From: Candidatus Altiarchaeota archaeon
Lineage (GTDB): Archaea > Altiarchaeota > Altiarchaeia > IMC4 > SCGC-AAA252-I15
Assembly: GCA_043813075.1 (NCBI GenBank)
Contig: JBDRLL010000031.1
Coordinates: 1-38,596, forward strand
Direction of reading: 5' to 3'
Length of the DNA stretch: 38,596 nucleotides
The notes below the pieces were generated by a model. That model was not told the origin of the DNA. It searched no databases and was given only the letters and a program-made list of their open reading frames with translations. The first letter of the stretch is position 1. Every line of letters starts with the position of its first letter. Position numbers and translations under genes: made by a program. This document shows positions 17,316 through 26,520 of this stretch, one piece after another.

Positions 17316-18176
17316 TTAAGCTTTCTCCTCTCCTGAAGCCTCTTCCTCAGGCTCTGCGGGCGTTTCGGAGGGTTTTACTACCTCAGCATCAGCCTCTACG
17401 CCGCCCTCAGCGGGCTCTACAGGCTTTTCGCCTGTTTTCACGGTTTTTCCGGCTTCTTTTGGCTTAGGAGTCTTGTCTTCCTTACCAGCCTTCTTCTTCT
17501 TAACCGTCTTCTTGGCAGTCTTCCTCTTTTTCTTGGTCTTCTCATCCTCCACTTCAGGCTCTGCCTCGACCTTTGACATTAGTGGGTTTATACTTATCTG
17601 GTCTGGGAACTTAGTGCCAGGAGGCACTATCTTAACAGTCACCCCGATGACTCCAGCCTTCAGGTAGGCTTGCGTTGACCCTATCTTGACTAGTTTAAGC
17701 GAGTCCCCAGCCTTTTTCATGTATCCTTCCAGGTATTTCTCAGACCGGCTTCTACCGCCTTTTCCAACGAGCTTGCCAGACAACACTATCTCCACCCCCC
17801 TCGCGCCAGACCCAATGACTGCTCGTATAGCCTTGTATGCTATCCTCCTACGGTTCATGCCGCGCTCCAACGCGACCGCTATTCTGCGTGCTATTATGTT
17901 CGGGTCCAGTGTTGGCTTCTCTATCTTTTGCACGTCTATAACCGGATTGTCGACACCATACCTCTCTGTGAGTATCGTGGTTAGCGTGTTGATCCGCCTA
18001 CCCTTCTTACCGATGACTATTGGCGGCTTCTCAACGTACAGTATTATCCTCGTCGCCAGAGGAGTCTTCTGTATGTTTATACTACTGTATCCAGCCCGAT
18101 TCAACTCGTTACGTAGGAAGCTCTCTATCTCCGAACGTATGACCCCCTCCTGTATGAAATGCCTTTCCATCGCCAT
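17316..18176 (-). CDS. rps3: 30S ribosomal protein uS3 with long charged C-terminal tail
   Basis: RAGYS, VIGKKG, GARGVEIVLSGKL, GVIGVTVKI. Confidence 0.97.
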   Translation of the reverse strand: MAMERHFIQEGVIRSEIESFLRNELNRAGYSSINIQKTPLATRIILYVEKPPIVIGKKGRRINTLTTILTERYGVDNPVIDVQKIEKPTLDPNIIARRIAVALERGMNRRRIAYKAIRAVIGSGARGVEIVLSGKLVGKGGRSRSEKYLEGYMKKAGDSLKLVKIGSTQAYLKAGVIGVTVKIVPPGTKFPDQISINPLMSKVEAEPEVEDEKTKKKRKTAKKTVKKKKAGKEDKTPKPKEAGKTVKTGEKPVEPAEGGVEADAEVVKPSETPAEPEEEASGEEKA

Positions 18177-18625
18177 TATGCTTCCCTCCCCACGACCTGT
18201 AGGTGAACGTATTCAGTGTTCCACGTAGCCCACCTGCCTTTAGGCTTCCTCCTCGCACGGCTCACACCATGAAGCGCCTGAACGTGGAACAACTTTACCT
18301 TTGACGCCTCAAGACCCTTGAATTCAGCGTTTGCCTCGAGATTCTTGAGGACTGAGATGGTGTAGGCGGCAGCCTTAACAGGGTATTTCCCAATCTTCAC
18401 CTGACTGCCCTTCCTATGGCCTATACCGGTCTGGAAGCGGGTGTACCTGACTGGCCTGCTTTTGGCTATGACTTCCTCCATGAAGCTTATTGCCTTTGGA
18501 AGGGCCATTCCGCGTATGTTGTCTGCAATCATTACCATGTCTTTGAAGCTGACGTTCATGTCTCTGCCTATTGACTTGACTGTCCGCTCCTTGTCAGCCG
18601 GTTGTATAGAGTAGTTTATCTTCAT
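18176..18625 (-). CDS. rpl22: 50S ribosomal protein uL22
   Basis: VSFK, GHRKG, GKYPVKAA, NAEFKGL. Confidence 0.97.
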   Translation of the reverse strand: MKINYSIQPADKERTVKSIGRDMNVSFKDMVMIADNIRGMALPKAISFMEEVIAKSRPVRYTRFQTGIGHRKGSQVKIGKYPVKAAAYTISVLKNLEANAEFKGLEASKVKLFHVQALHGVSRARRKPKGRWATWNTEYVHLQVVGREA

Positions 18626-18627
18626 TT

Positions 18628-19026
18628 TTACTTGATTGGTACGAATAATGACGATCTCGTGGCGCCCACTCCAGGAGCACTATGCTTAACGACTCTTCGC
18701 GGCATTGCGAACTCTCCGAGGTATTTGCCTATCATCTCTGTCTTTATCTCCACTGTCACGAACTCCTTGCCAGTGTATATGCCAAACAATAGCCCCACCA
18801 TCTCAGGTAGTATCGGCATGTCCCTGCAGTGAGTCTTCAATGGTTTCCCGCTCTTTTCCTTGTCGGCAGCCTTCACGCGCTCCATAAGCTTCTTCTGCTG
18901 CTCCGTTAATCCCCTCTTCAGGCTTCTTCTAGCCCTGGCGGGGAGTATCTCAATCAACTGTTCCCTAGGCATTGCCTTGAGCTCTTCTAGAGTGTGACCA
19001 TGGTACTTGAATTCTTTTTTTGCCAT
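18628..19026 (-). CDS. rps19: 30S ribosomal protein uS19
   Basis: RRSLKRG, KTHCRDM, MIGKYLGEF, GVGATRSS. Confidence 0.98.
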   Translation of the reverse strand: MAKKEFKYHGHTLEELKAMPREQLIEILPARARRSLKRGLTEQQKKLMERVKAADKEKSGKPLKTHCRDMPILPEMVGLLFGIYTGKEFVTVEIKTEMIGKYLGEFAMPRRVVKHSAPGVGATRSSLFVPIK

Positions 19027-19028
19027 CT

Positions 19029-19757
19029 TTAAGCCTTCTTCCTCAATCCTGTTCTTCTAGCAGCTATGTGACCCACCTTACGGCCGGGCGGAGTGTTCCT
19101 AGACACCGTCGTCGCCCGCCCCACATGCGGGTGCCTTCCGCCCCCGTGCGGGTGGTCTACAGCGTTCATCGCCCTTCCACACACTTTCGGCCATAGCTTT
19201 CCTTTTGCCTTGTGCTTGTAGTAGTTCTGGCCTGCGTGTATCATAGGCTTGTCTTTCCTGCCTCCACCAGCGACTTTCCCTATTGTTGCTAGAGACGTGT
19301 TCCTCACGAATATGGTCTTTTTTGAGGGTAGCCTGATCTGGGTCAGCCCTGTCTGCTTGTCGTGGGATACTACAGACGCCTTGCCGCCTGAAGTCCGTAC
19401 TGCCTTCCCACCGTCTCCGGGCCTCAATTCTATGTTGTATATGCCAGTCCCCTCTGGAATGTTTTTTATCGGCATCACGTTACCGTCCTTCAATTCCGCC
19501 TTTGAACCCAACTGTACCCAGTCCCCAACGGCAACTCCTTCAGGGGCTAGCATGAGTATTTCACGGAAGTCTTCGAGCAGTATCTTGGCTACTGGCGCTG
19601 TTCTACCAGCGTCGTGTATGAACTCGACTATCTGCCCGCCCACAACACCTTTCCGGTCTATTATGGGGTAGTTAACCTTTCCCTTGAACCTGTGCGACGG
19701 AGACCTGTATCTTGGAGAGCCTGTCCCCCTCCTCTGTGGTATAATCCGCTTACCCAT
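19029..19757 (-). CDS. rpl2: 50S ribosomal protein uL2
   Basis: MGKRIIPQRRG, MNAVDHPHGGG, PPGRKVGHIAARRTG. Confidence 0.99.
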   Translation of the reverse strand: MGKRIIPQRRGTGSPRYRSPSHRFKGKVNYPIIDRKGVVGGQIVEFIHDAGRTAPVAKILLEDFREILMLAPEGVAVGDWVQLGSKAELKDGNVMPIKNIPEGTGIYNIELRPGDGGKAVRTSGGKASVVSHDKQTGLTQIRLPSKKTIFVRNTSLATIGKVAGGGRKDKPMIHAGQNYYKHKAKGKLWPKVCGRAMNAVDHPHGGGRHPHVGRATTVSRNTPPGRKVGHIAARRTGLRKKA

Positions 19758-20024
19758 CTACAGCACCCCCAATTGCGAAGCGATCTCTTCAGCGCTCTGG
19801 CTGGAGTCTATCTTAACGTGAGCCTTCTTCTTCCCGTCCGTAGTGTGCATGACATTAACTGACACGACCTTTACGTTAAGCATCTCTTCAACGGCATTCT
19901 TCACTTCTTTTTTGCCAGACTTCTTGTTGACTATGAAAGTTAGTGTGTTAGCCTTCTCCCTGAGGGTTGTGGCCTTCTCGCCCATCAGCGGGTATAGTAT
20001 TATTTCATGCGGATTCATTTTCAA
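19758..20024 (-). CDS. rpl23: 50S ribosomal protein uL23
   Basis: YPLMGEKA, NTLTFIV, KKAHV; alternative start ATG 20018. Confidence 0.96.
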   Translation of the reverse strand: MKMNPHEIILYPLMGEKATTLREKANTLTFIVNKKSGKKEVKNAVEEMLNVKVVSVNVMHTTDGKKKAHVKIDSSQSAEEIASQLGVL

Positions 20025-20755
20025 TCAAGTTTTTTTATCGCAGACTCTGTCCATATGGTAAGCCTTCCGGCGTGAGTGCCTGGAGCAAGCGTGTCAACGT
20101 CCAAATCGTTTATGGTGGCCACCTCAAGGCCTTTTATGTTATTTAGGGCGTTCATAACACCCTTGTCTTCGCCGACAACCAGGAGCATGCCGACACCCCT
20201 CTGCCTGCACCTATCCAGTTCTTCAGCGAGCCCTAACTCTTTTAGTATTTTGACTGCCTCAGACGCCTTCTTCACTTCCTGAACGGCATCTTCTATTATT
20301 ATCGGCAGGTCTTTTATTTCACCAAGATTATGGCCTCTTTCCTCAACGAGTTTTTTGTTTGCCGTCGCGGCTATGGCAGAGTCCAGCGCGTTCTTCCACT
20401 CCTTGTTGTTTATCTTCTTGCTGTAGTCCTTGCACTGGGGTGGATGAGCCCTGTGGCCGCCGACAGACTGGGGCACTCGCCTGACCTTGCCCAAACCCCC
20501 CCCACCGCGTTTTTCACGGGGCAGGCGGGCCATGGCCTTGTTTATGGACTGGCGGTAGCTCCTCTTCCTGCTGCCGAAGTATCCGGCGCTAGTCCTGAAT
20601 CCTGCTCCAGGGTCCACTCCCTGGGGCTGTCTCGTGAAGGCTTGTTCTGCGACAACAGACCGCTGTATCAGGTCTGGCCGGTATGGTGAAGTGAATACCT
20701 TGGGGAGTTTGGCTTCCCCCTTCACCTTGCCTTTTATGGAGTAGATGTTTGTCAT
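20021..20755 (-). CDS. rpl4: 50S ribosomal protein uL4
   Basis: RPDLIQR, GGHRAHPP, SAIAAT, LAPGTHAGRLTIWT. Confidence 0.97.
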   Translation of the reverse strand: MTNIYSIKGKVKGEAKLPKVFTSPYRPDLIQRSVVAEQAFTRQPQGVDPGAGFRTSAGYFGSRKRSYRQSINKAMARLPREKRGGGGLGKVRRVPQSVGGHRAHPPQCKDYSKKINNKEWKNALDSAIAATANKKLVEERGHNLGEIKDLPIIIEDAVQEVKKASEAVKILKELGLAEELDRCRQRGVGMLLVVGEDKGVMNALNNIKGLEVATINDLDVDTLAPGTHAGRLTIWTESAIKKLD

Positions 20756-20756
20756 A

Positions 20757-21734
20757 TCACATTCCCTGCTTTGAGCTTAAGTCTATCCTCTTCAGAGTGT
20801 AGTTCACTTCAGAGTGGGGTCTTCTAGGCCTTGTTAAGCGTATTATCCTCTTTACCGGCCCGGGTATGCTGCCGTAGACCATTAGGTAGTCTCCGGAGAC
20901 GGGCCCGTACCGTAGGAATCCGCCGGCTGGCGTGACTTCCTTGCCGTCTTCGCCTATCTTTAGTATTAGCTTGTTGAATTCAGTGCGCTTGTGGTATCCG
21001 ACCTGTCCCGGCTGTGGTTCCATCCAGAGTTTTTTGCTGGGGCTCCATGCTCCGCCAGTACCCATGTGCCGTGTTTTTTTCGTTGCTTTAGCGCGTTGTT
21101 TCTTGATGCCGTATCTTTTTATCACACCCTGGAATCCCTTCCCCTTTGTCACTGATGTGACGTCCACGAAATCGTTTTCATTGAATACGTCAGTAATCTT
21201 GATCTCCTTCCCCAACAGTTCTTTGGCGTACTCGAGTTTGCCAGGCATGTCACCGCCAATCGCAACTTCCATGACATCCTGGCGCTTTTTGGGCATATTA
21301 GTTTTCGAAGGCTGTGTGGATACTATGAGCCGTATGTCTGAGACTTCATCGAGCTTGCCGGAAATTGCCTCTATCTTTTTGGAAGGGTCTTTTTTAGCGG
21401 ATTTCTTATCCTTCCCGCCTTCAGAGTCGAGCCATATGTCCGAGACAGCCTCCATACCCTCATAGCCCTTGCGGTAGACTCTCACGCCTAGGACCTTCAT
21501 TGGGGGTGCCTCGAGTATGGTGACAGGCAAAGCGACTTCGAGTCCGTTGGTTGGGCTGTTCTTTGTCTCGTCCACAGCTATCACGTGCGTCATACCCGCC
21601 TTGTAGACGGTGTATCCGAGAGCCTTAACTTCCTCGGACTGGGGCCAAGACTGTATCCTAGGCCTCTCCATTTTCGATCTCTTCCGTGGAACATACTGGA
21701 GTGAACCAGCACGCGGTTTGTTCACTTTAGCCAT
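20757..21734 (-). CDS. rpl3: 50S ribosomal protein uL3
   Basis: GSLQYVPRKR, YKAGMTH, VTKGKGFQG, GYHKRTEFNK, GSIPGP. Confidence 0.98.
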   Translation of the reverse strand: MAKVNKPRAGSLQYVPRKRSKMERPRIQSWPQSEEVKALGYTVYKAGMTHVIAVDETKNSPTNGLEVALPVTILEAPPMKVLGVRVYRKGYEGMEAVSDIWLDSEGGKDKKSAKKDPSKKIEAISGKLDEVSDIRLIVSTQPSKTNMPKKRQDVMEVAIGGDMPGKLEYAKELLGKEIKITDVFNENDFVDVTSVTKGKGFQGVIKRYGIKKQRAKATKKTRHMGTGGAWSPSKKLWMEPQPGQVGYHKRTEFNKLILKIGEDGKEVTPAGGFLRYGPVSGDYLMVYGSIPGPVKRIIRLTRPRRPHSEVNYTLKRIDLSSKQGM

Positions 21735-21874
21735 ATTTCGCTAAAACAAGTGCTATTGCCTTGAAAAAACGGTCTTAACCATTAGGAATGATGGTTTTAA
21801 AAACCGTTAGAAAGGTATTATTCCTGCAGTTGTAGGGAAACTGCCTTAATTATAGATATATCTAAATATAAAAA
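21735..21874 (-). promoter_or_regulatory. Promoter and structured 5' leader (about 110 nt) of the L3 operon
   Basis: TATA TTTTTATA (21874-21867). Hairpins GCAGUU/AACUGC and AACGGUUUU-AACCAU/AUGGUU-AAGACCGUU, followed by a U-run. Confidence 0.55.
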
Positions 21875-21878
21875 CCAT

Positions 21879-22703
21879 ATGTTTGAGTCTTTCAGTGATT
21901 TTTTATACAGGTATTTCTTCGTTCCAGGCTATGACGTAGTGGATACCACGACGTATGGTGTTGCGTTGGGGTTGATTGTTTTTTACCTCATACCGAGGAT
22001 TAAGAGGTTTGGTGTTGGCATGGACAGGGAGTTCATACTCGCCTTGATGCCGTTCGTCTTTTATGGCGCGACCACTAGGGAGCTGTTGGACCATCGTCTC
22101 GGAGTGTATTATAATTTCGGCGTCTATCCCCAGAATTTTTTCCTGGTGTCCCCGTGGATATACTTCACCATGTTCATACTCACTTCCCTGTTCATCGTGG
22201 CTGGGCTCTTCCTTGAAAGGCGCTTTGGCCTGAAGCACACGAGGTTTGTTTTTTTCGGCGGATGCCTGCTTGCGTTGTACAACATCTACCTTATTGTTCC
22301 TGCTGTGGAGAGCATCAGCCCCTTGTTCTACGTTTCAGGGTTGTTTGTACTATCCTCCGGGCTTTTCTTCATCATCGTGAAGTCATTGAAACTGGAGTAC
22401 ATGATGCGTGAGTTCAATTACATGATAGCGATGGCCCACTTGTTTGACGCGTCAACCACATTCTTTGGGGTTGATTTCCTCGGGAACGTTGAACAGCACG
22501 TGGTGCCGAACTTTTTTATAGGACTCACTGGAACGGCGGGAGTGATGTATCCGCTCAAAATCCTCGTTCTCTTGCCTGCACTGTATATCATAGACAAGGA
22601 CATGAAGGATGACGTGTTCGGGAGGAGGTTTGTGAAGCTCGTCATACTGGTCCTTGGACTGGGTCCGGGCGTAAGGAACACTATTCTGATGCTGTTGGGT
22701 TAG
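21879..22703 (+). CDS. DUF63 family multi-pass membrane protein
   Basis: Y..VDTTTY, AHLFDASTT, EQHVVPN and GLGPGVRN motifs; many hydrophobic segments. Confidence 0.85.
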   Translation: MFESFSDFLYRYFFVPGYDVVDTTTYGVALGLIVFYLIPRIKRFGVGMDREFILALMPFVFYGATTRELLDHRLGVYYNFGVYPQNFFLVSPWIYFTMFILTSLFIVAGLFLERRFGLKHTRFVFFGGCLLALYNIYLIVPAVESISPLFYVSGLFVLSSGLFFIIVKSLKLEYMMREFNYMIAMAHLFDASTTFFGVDFLGNVEQHVVPNFFIGLTGTAGVMYPLKILVLLPALYIIDKDMKDDVFGRRFVKLVILVLGLGPGVRNTILMLLG

Positions 22704-22704
22704 G

Positions 22705-24102
22705 CTATTTGCGCATGCTGTTATAGAGAAATCCGGCGTATTTCCTCAGTTTAGAGGGGTTTAGCATGTTCGGGATTGCTGATGCGATGTATTTGGGGCG
22801 GCAGTAGAACTCTCGGAAAGCTTTTTTCTGTATTTGCGTCAGGTCTTCGGGAGTCCAGTCTTCAGTCCTTAATGCCGGCTTGCATATGCCGAGGGTGGGG
22901 ACGTATTTATCGTATTCCCGGTGTACAAGGTAGTTTTTCTCTAATGCTGTCAGGTATACCTGGGTGCCTGGGTAGGGTGTTATTATCCCGAAGTCGCATC
23001 CGTCTAGTGGAAGGCTTTTAGCGAACCTTATCGTCTCCTCCATGTCGCTGATCGTCTCGCCGGGTGTGCCGAATAGGAATGATGCCGTCAGGTGGAAGCC
23101 CTTCTTTTTGGTCAACAACACTTTCTCCCTGATTTCCCCGGTTTTCTTCCCCTTGCGCATCAAGTCCAACACTTTCTGAGAGCCGGACTCTATTCCGAAG
23201 TCCAGCGCATAGCAGCCGGTCTCCCTCAGCTTATCCAGGAGTTCAGCATCCACTCTGTCCTCCCGCACGCCGTTGGGAAACTTGAACTGCACGCCAATCC
23301 TCCGTGAAAGCATTTCATCGCACACGTCCATCGAGTACTCTTTTATTAGCGTGAAGTTGTCGTCTATGAAGTGGATTTCGTCCAGACGGTATTTTTTTGC
23401 GAGTTCCTCTATCTCGTCGACCACGTTCCCAGGGCTTCTTCTCCTGAACTTGTTTCCAAGAAACCTCTGGCAGAAGGTGCACTGGTTCGGGCAACCCCGC
23501 GTACTCATAACAGGCAGGTTACGGGGGCTTCTAGTGTCCACGCCATACGTCCTGCTCTTACTGAAATACTCCTCGACCTTCAGGAGATGAATGGCGGGGA
23601 ACGGGATATCATCCAGGTCATCGATTACCGGCCGTACTTTGTTCTTCACTATGCCACCATCACTCTCCCTGTAGGCCAGACCCTCCACTTTGTCGAATGT
23701 GCCTGGACTGAGGGTTTCCATCAGATCAACCACAACACCCTCGCCCTCGCCAATGCAGACGGAGTCCACTGACTGTTCTGCAAGAACTTCCTCCGGTATT
23801 GCGGATGGGTGGGGGCCGCCCATGCATACGTGAATCTTCGTGTTTTGTTTTTTGGCTTGTCTTGCGACTTTCAGGGCTTCGTAGATTATGGGTGTGGAGG
23901 AGTATACGCCAATCATCTGGGGGTTTTCTTGCCTTATTCTTTCCCCCAGCTTATCATCATCGATGCGTTCCAGTGTGTTGTCGATTATTGATACCCTGAA
24001 GCCCTCTTCTTCGAGTGTGGCGGCAATGTAGCATAATCCCATGGGTGGGGTTATTGCGATGTCATGTGCGTAGTTAGGCTTGACTAGCAGCACATCTGCC
24101 AT
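22705..24102 (-). CDS. B12-binding domain radical SAM protein
   Basis: PPMGLCYIAA, GGPHPS, GEGE, STRGCPNQCTFC, FGIESGSQ, PYPGT. Start at MADVLL. Confidence 0.93.
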   Translation of the reverse strand: MADVLLVKPNYAHDIAITPPMGLCYIAATLEEEGFRVSIIDNTLERIDDDKLGERIRQENPQMIGVYSSTPIIYEALKVARQAKKQNTKIHVCMGGPHPSAIPEEVLAEQSVDSVCIGEGEGVVVDLMETLSPGTFDKVEGLAYRESDGGIVKNKVRPVIDDLDDIPFPAIHLLKVEEYFSKSRTYGVDTRSPRNLPVMSTRGCPNQCTFCQRFLGNKFRRRSPGNVVDEIEELAKKYRLDEIHFIDDNFTLIKEYSMDVCDEMLSRRIGVQFKFPNGVREDRVDAELLDKLRETGCYALDFGIESGSQKVLDLMRKGKKTGEIREKVLLTKKKGFHLTASFLFGTPGETISDMEETIRFAKSLPLDGCDFGIITPYPGTQVYLTALEKNYLVHREYDKYVPTLGICKPALRTEDWTPEDLTQIQKKAFREFYCRPKYIASAIPNMLNPSKLRKYAGFLYNSMRK

Positions 24103-24208
24103 GTAATGATATTTTGCGATTCGCCCAGAATAATAATGAAGAACACACAATTATTCCATTTATGAAAGATATTTATCATTAGTGAATAATGTTTTCCATT
24201 ATTGGAAA

Positions 24209-24802
24209 CTATAGGTAGAGTATCATCGCGTTGAACGTCATGCTTGAAATCCAGTGCATGAGGAAGCTGGGGAGTATGCTCCTGCACTTCACATCCACTT
24301 CCCCGAAAACATAGCCCGCAGGCAGAGACCACCAGACCTCAAGACCAGGCTTCCCCAGATGCACGTACATGTAGAGCAACGAATGGATTAGGTTAGCATA
24401 CCGTGTCCTGCCTGCAAGAGACTGCAAGAGGAAGCCCCGGAAGAAGAACTCAGTGCAGAACATGAGGACGCCCATCACAAAGAATTCATGGTATACGAAG
24501 GAATACATGCCTTTATCCGCCGAATCCCACAGAGGATAATACTCCCTGAAATCCTGGAGCGTGGAACCGTAATACATGAATGGAAGGGCGAACAACAAGA
24601 GAATTAAACTGTACTTCAGGCCGAGACGCACATCACCGAAAGCGATGTTAAACTCGCTTAACCTCCCGCCAGAAACCCGCACGTAGGCGACCGGAACCAG
24701 CACGTAAAGCACCAGCAGGGAAGCCACATGACTTAATGGCAGGACGGCGAATCTTGAAGCCAACAGCATCAATAACGCTAGTGTTAGACTGGTGTAAGAC
24801 AC
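24209..24802 (-). CDS. CPBP (CAAX/Abi) family intramembrane metalloprotease
   Basis: TEFFFRG, VHLGKP, SILPSFLMH; hydrophobic. Confidence 0.85.
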   Translation of the reverse strand: MSYTSLTLALLMLLASRFAVLPLSHVASLLVLYVLVPVAYVRVSGGRLSEFNIAFGDVRLGLKYSLILLLFALPFMYYGSTLQDFREYYPLWDSADKGMYSFVYHEFFVMGVLMFCTEFFFRGFLLQSLAGRTRYANLIHSLLYMYVHLGKPGLEVWWSLPAGYVFGEVDVKCRSILPSFLMHWISSMTFNAMILYL

Positions 24803-24804
24803 TT

Positions 24805-26430
24805 TCAGGCCAAGTCATCAACTATGAACTCTAGTTGATCGCTGAAGTCGTTGTAGTTAACGTGACCAATCAAGGATATCTTCTTCCCGACTATCTTCTG
24901 CCTGGCAACCTTGACCGGAGCGGACTCGTCCTGCGCCTCGCCGATATGGTTCATAGCCTCCTCCAAGTCCATGCCCAGAATGCCCTCAGCCTTCTCCTTG
25001 AACGCGACTGCGCGTATGTTCGCGGTGGAGTCCTCGAGTATAACGGACGCCAGCATGTTTGGGGTGGAGTCCACCATCCCGCACGAATCGCACAGCCATT
25101 CGCCCCCCAGGTTCTGGACCCTGCCGTCGCATTCACTGCACGTCATGTATAGTATGGGCCGGTCTTCGACGTCGATGATCTTCCCCTTTATCTTCACGAA
25201 ACGGTCGTTGTTCTCCAAGTCAGCTATGCTCTTCTCCTGACTCATCGAACTGCTTATCTGACCTACGGTGGGCACGTTGACTGAAGGGTCTGGGACTACG
25301 TCACCATACCTGCCGACGTGCACTTCCGGCTCATTGTTCAGGTTGGGCTTCGCGTACACGTTGTTCAGCCGTACAGAGTCGCCCTCCTTGAGTTCGCTGG
25401 CTGCTGATGCCTTGTCATCCCACAACACCACGCGTATAGTGCCAGAGTCGTCGCCGACTATGAGTGACGCCATCTGGCCTTTCGAGTATTCCCGCGGCTC
25501 GTACACGCGGAGGACTCTCGCCTCCAGCGTGAAGTTCCGTAGTTCAGGGGATACTTCGGATATTTTTATCTTGCCTGCAGACTTTTTCTCTAGCGGCTTT
25601 AGTTTTATCGATGACTCGGTCTTCATGACCCTACCCCTGTTGCCGACTTGAAGTTCGACTTCGTCGTTTAGTCCTGAGCGCGTGTACGCGTTCTCCAGTT
25701 TTACGAAGTCTCCCTCCGCTATCTCGGCTTCCGCGGCATTGTCCCATAGGACTACGCGCAGGGTGCCGGACTTGTCTTCCCCTATGAATGACGCCCTCTT
25801 GCCGGTCGAACCGTCGCTCCTGCTGAATTCTGTCGGAGGGTAGTAGGAGTTTACGCGGCACACCAGGTTTATGGAAGGCATGCCAGCAGTCAGGGAGCCT
25901 ATCTCATCCACAGTCTCCTCTATTTCAGGCAGGCTTACCTGGAGGTTGGACGGGTTTATGGCGAGGTTAGATAGGTTTCCGGCGTGTATCTCCAGCGCCC
26001 CCTGATTATCCTTAGCGTAACCGTTCCTAACGAGCAATATGTCTCCTATCCGCAGCTTCTTGACTGCTTCAGTGTTCTGATCCCACAATACGATGCGTGA
26101 CTCGCCGGTCTCGTCAACTATTATTACGCTAGCGAACCGTCCTGTAGAACCGTCCTTCCTCTGGAACTCTCTCGCAGAGAATACGGTCTTGACTCGCCCG
26201 GCAACCGTAACCGGAGATGACGGCGTCAGCGAGTCCAGCTTGGTGACCTTGATTTCGGTCTCGCTCAAGTCCAGGCCATACTCTTTAGCGACAGCGTATA
26301 CTGCGCCATAATCGGAGAGTAGGCCGTGGGTCTTCTCTTTTCTCTCAGCCATCTTCTGCCTGATCTCGTCAACCGACTTTCCTGAGTCACTAGAAACCCG
26401 TTCTATCAGAGATTCTACGTCTTCTGCCAT
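24805..26430 (-). CDS. rpa: Replication protein A (multi-OB-fold ssDNA-binding protein with Zn finger)
   Basis: Repeated D.SG.IRVVLWD OB-fold motifs; CSEC...CDSC in the last OB fold. Start at MAEDVES. Confidence 0.92.
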   Translation of the reverse strand: MAEDVESLIERVSSDSGKSVDEIRQKMAERKEKTHGLLSDYGAVYAVAKEYGLDLSETEIKVTKLDSLTPSSPVTVAGRVKTVFSAREFQRKDGSTGRFASVIIVDETGESRIVLWDQNTEAVKKLRIGDILLVRNGYAKDNQGALEIHAGNLSNLAINPSNLQVSLPEIEETVDEIGSLTAGMPSINLVCRVNSYYPPTEFSRSDGSTGKRASFIGEDKSGTLRVVLWDNAAEAEIAEGDFVKLENAYTRSGLNDEVELQVGNRGRVMKTESSIKLKPLEKKSAGKIKISEVSPELRNFTLEARVLRVYEPREYSKGQMASLIVGDDSGTIRVVLWDDKASAASELKEGDSVRLNNVYAKPNLNNEPEVHVGRYGDVVPDPSVNVPTVGQISSSMSQEKSIADLENNDRFVKIKGKIIDVEDRPILYMTCSECDGRVQNLGGEWLCDSCGMVDSTPNMLASVILEDSTANIRAVAFKEKAEGILGMDLEEAMNHIGEAQDESAPVKVARQKIVGKKISLIGHVNYNDFSDQLEFIVDDLA

Positions 26431-26520
26431 TCCCAACCACTCCAACACATACATTAGTTTGCTTTAGTTAAAAAACGAGGTGTGTCCTATAAAAACAGTG
26501 GTGTGAGCATTAGAAAAGTT

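Noticed and set aside
9399-21465. Many + strand ORFs of 60-210 aa opposite the r-protein and EF genes (likewise opposite amt, hppA, leuA and pckG)
   Set aside because: Antisense shadows of biased codon usage, with no motifs or start signals.
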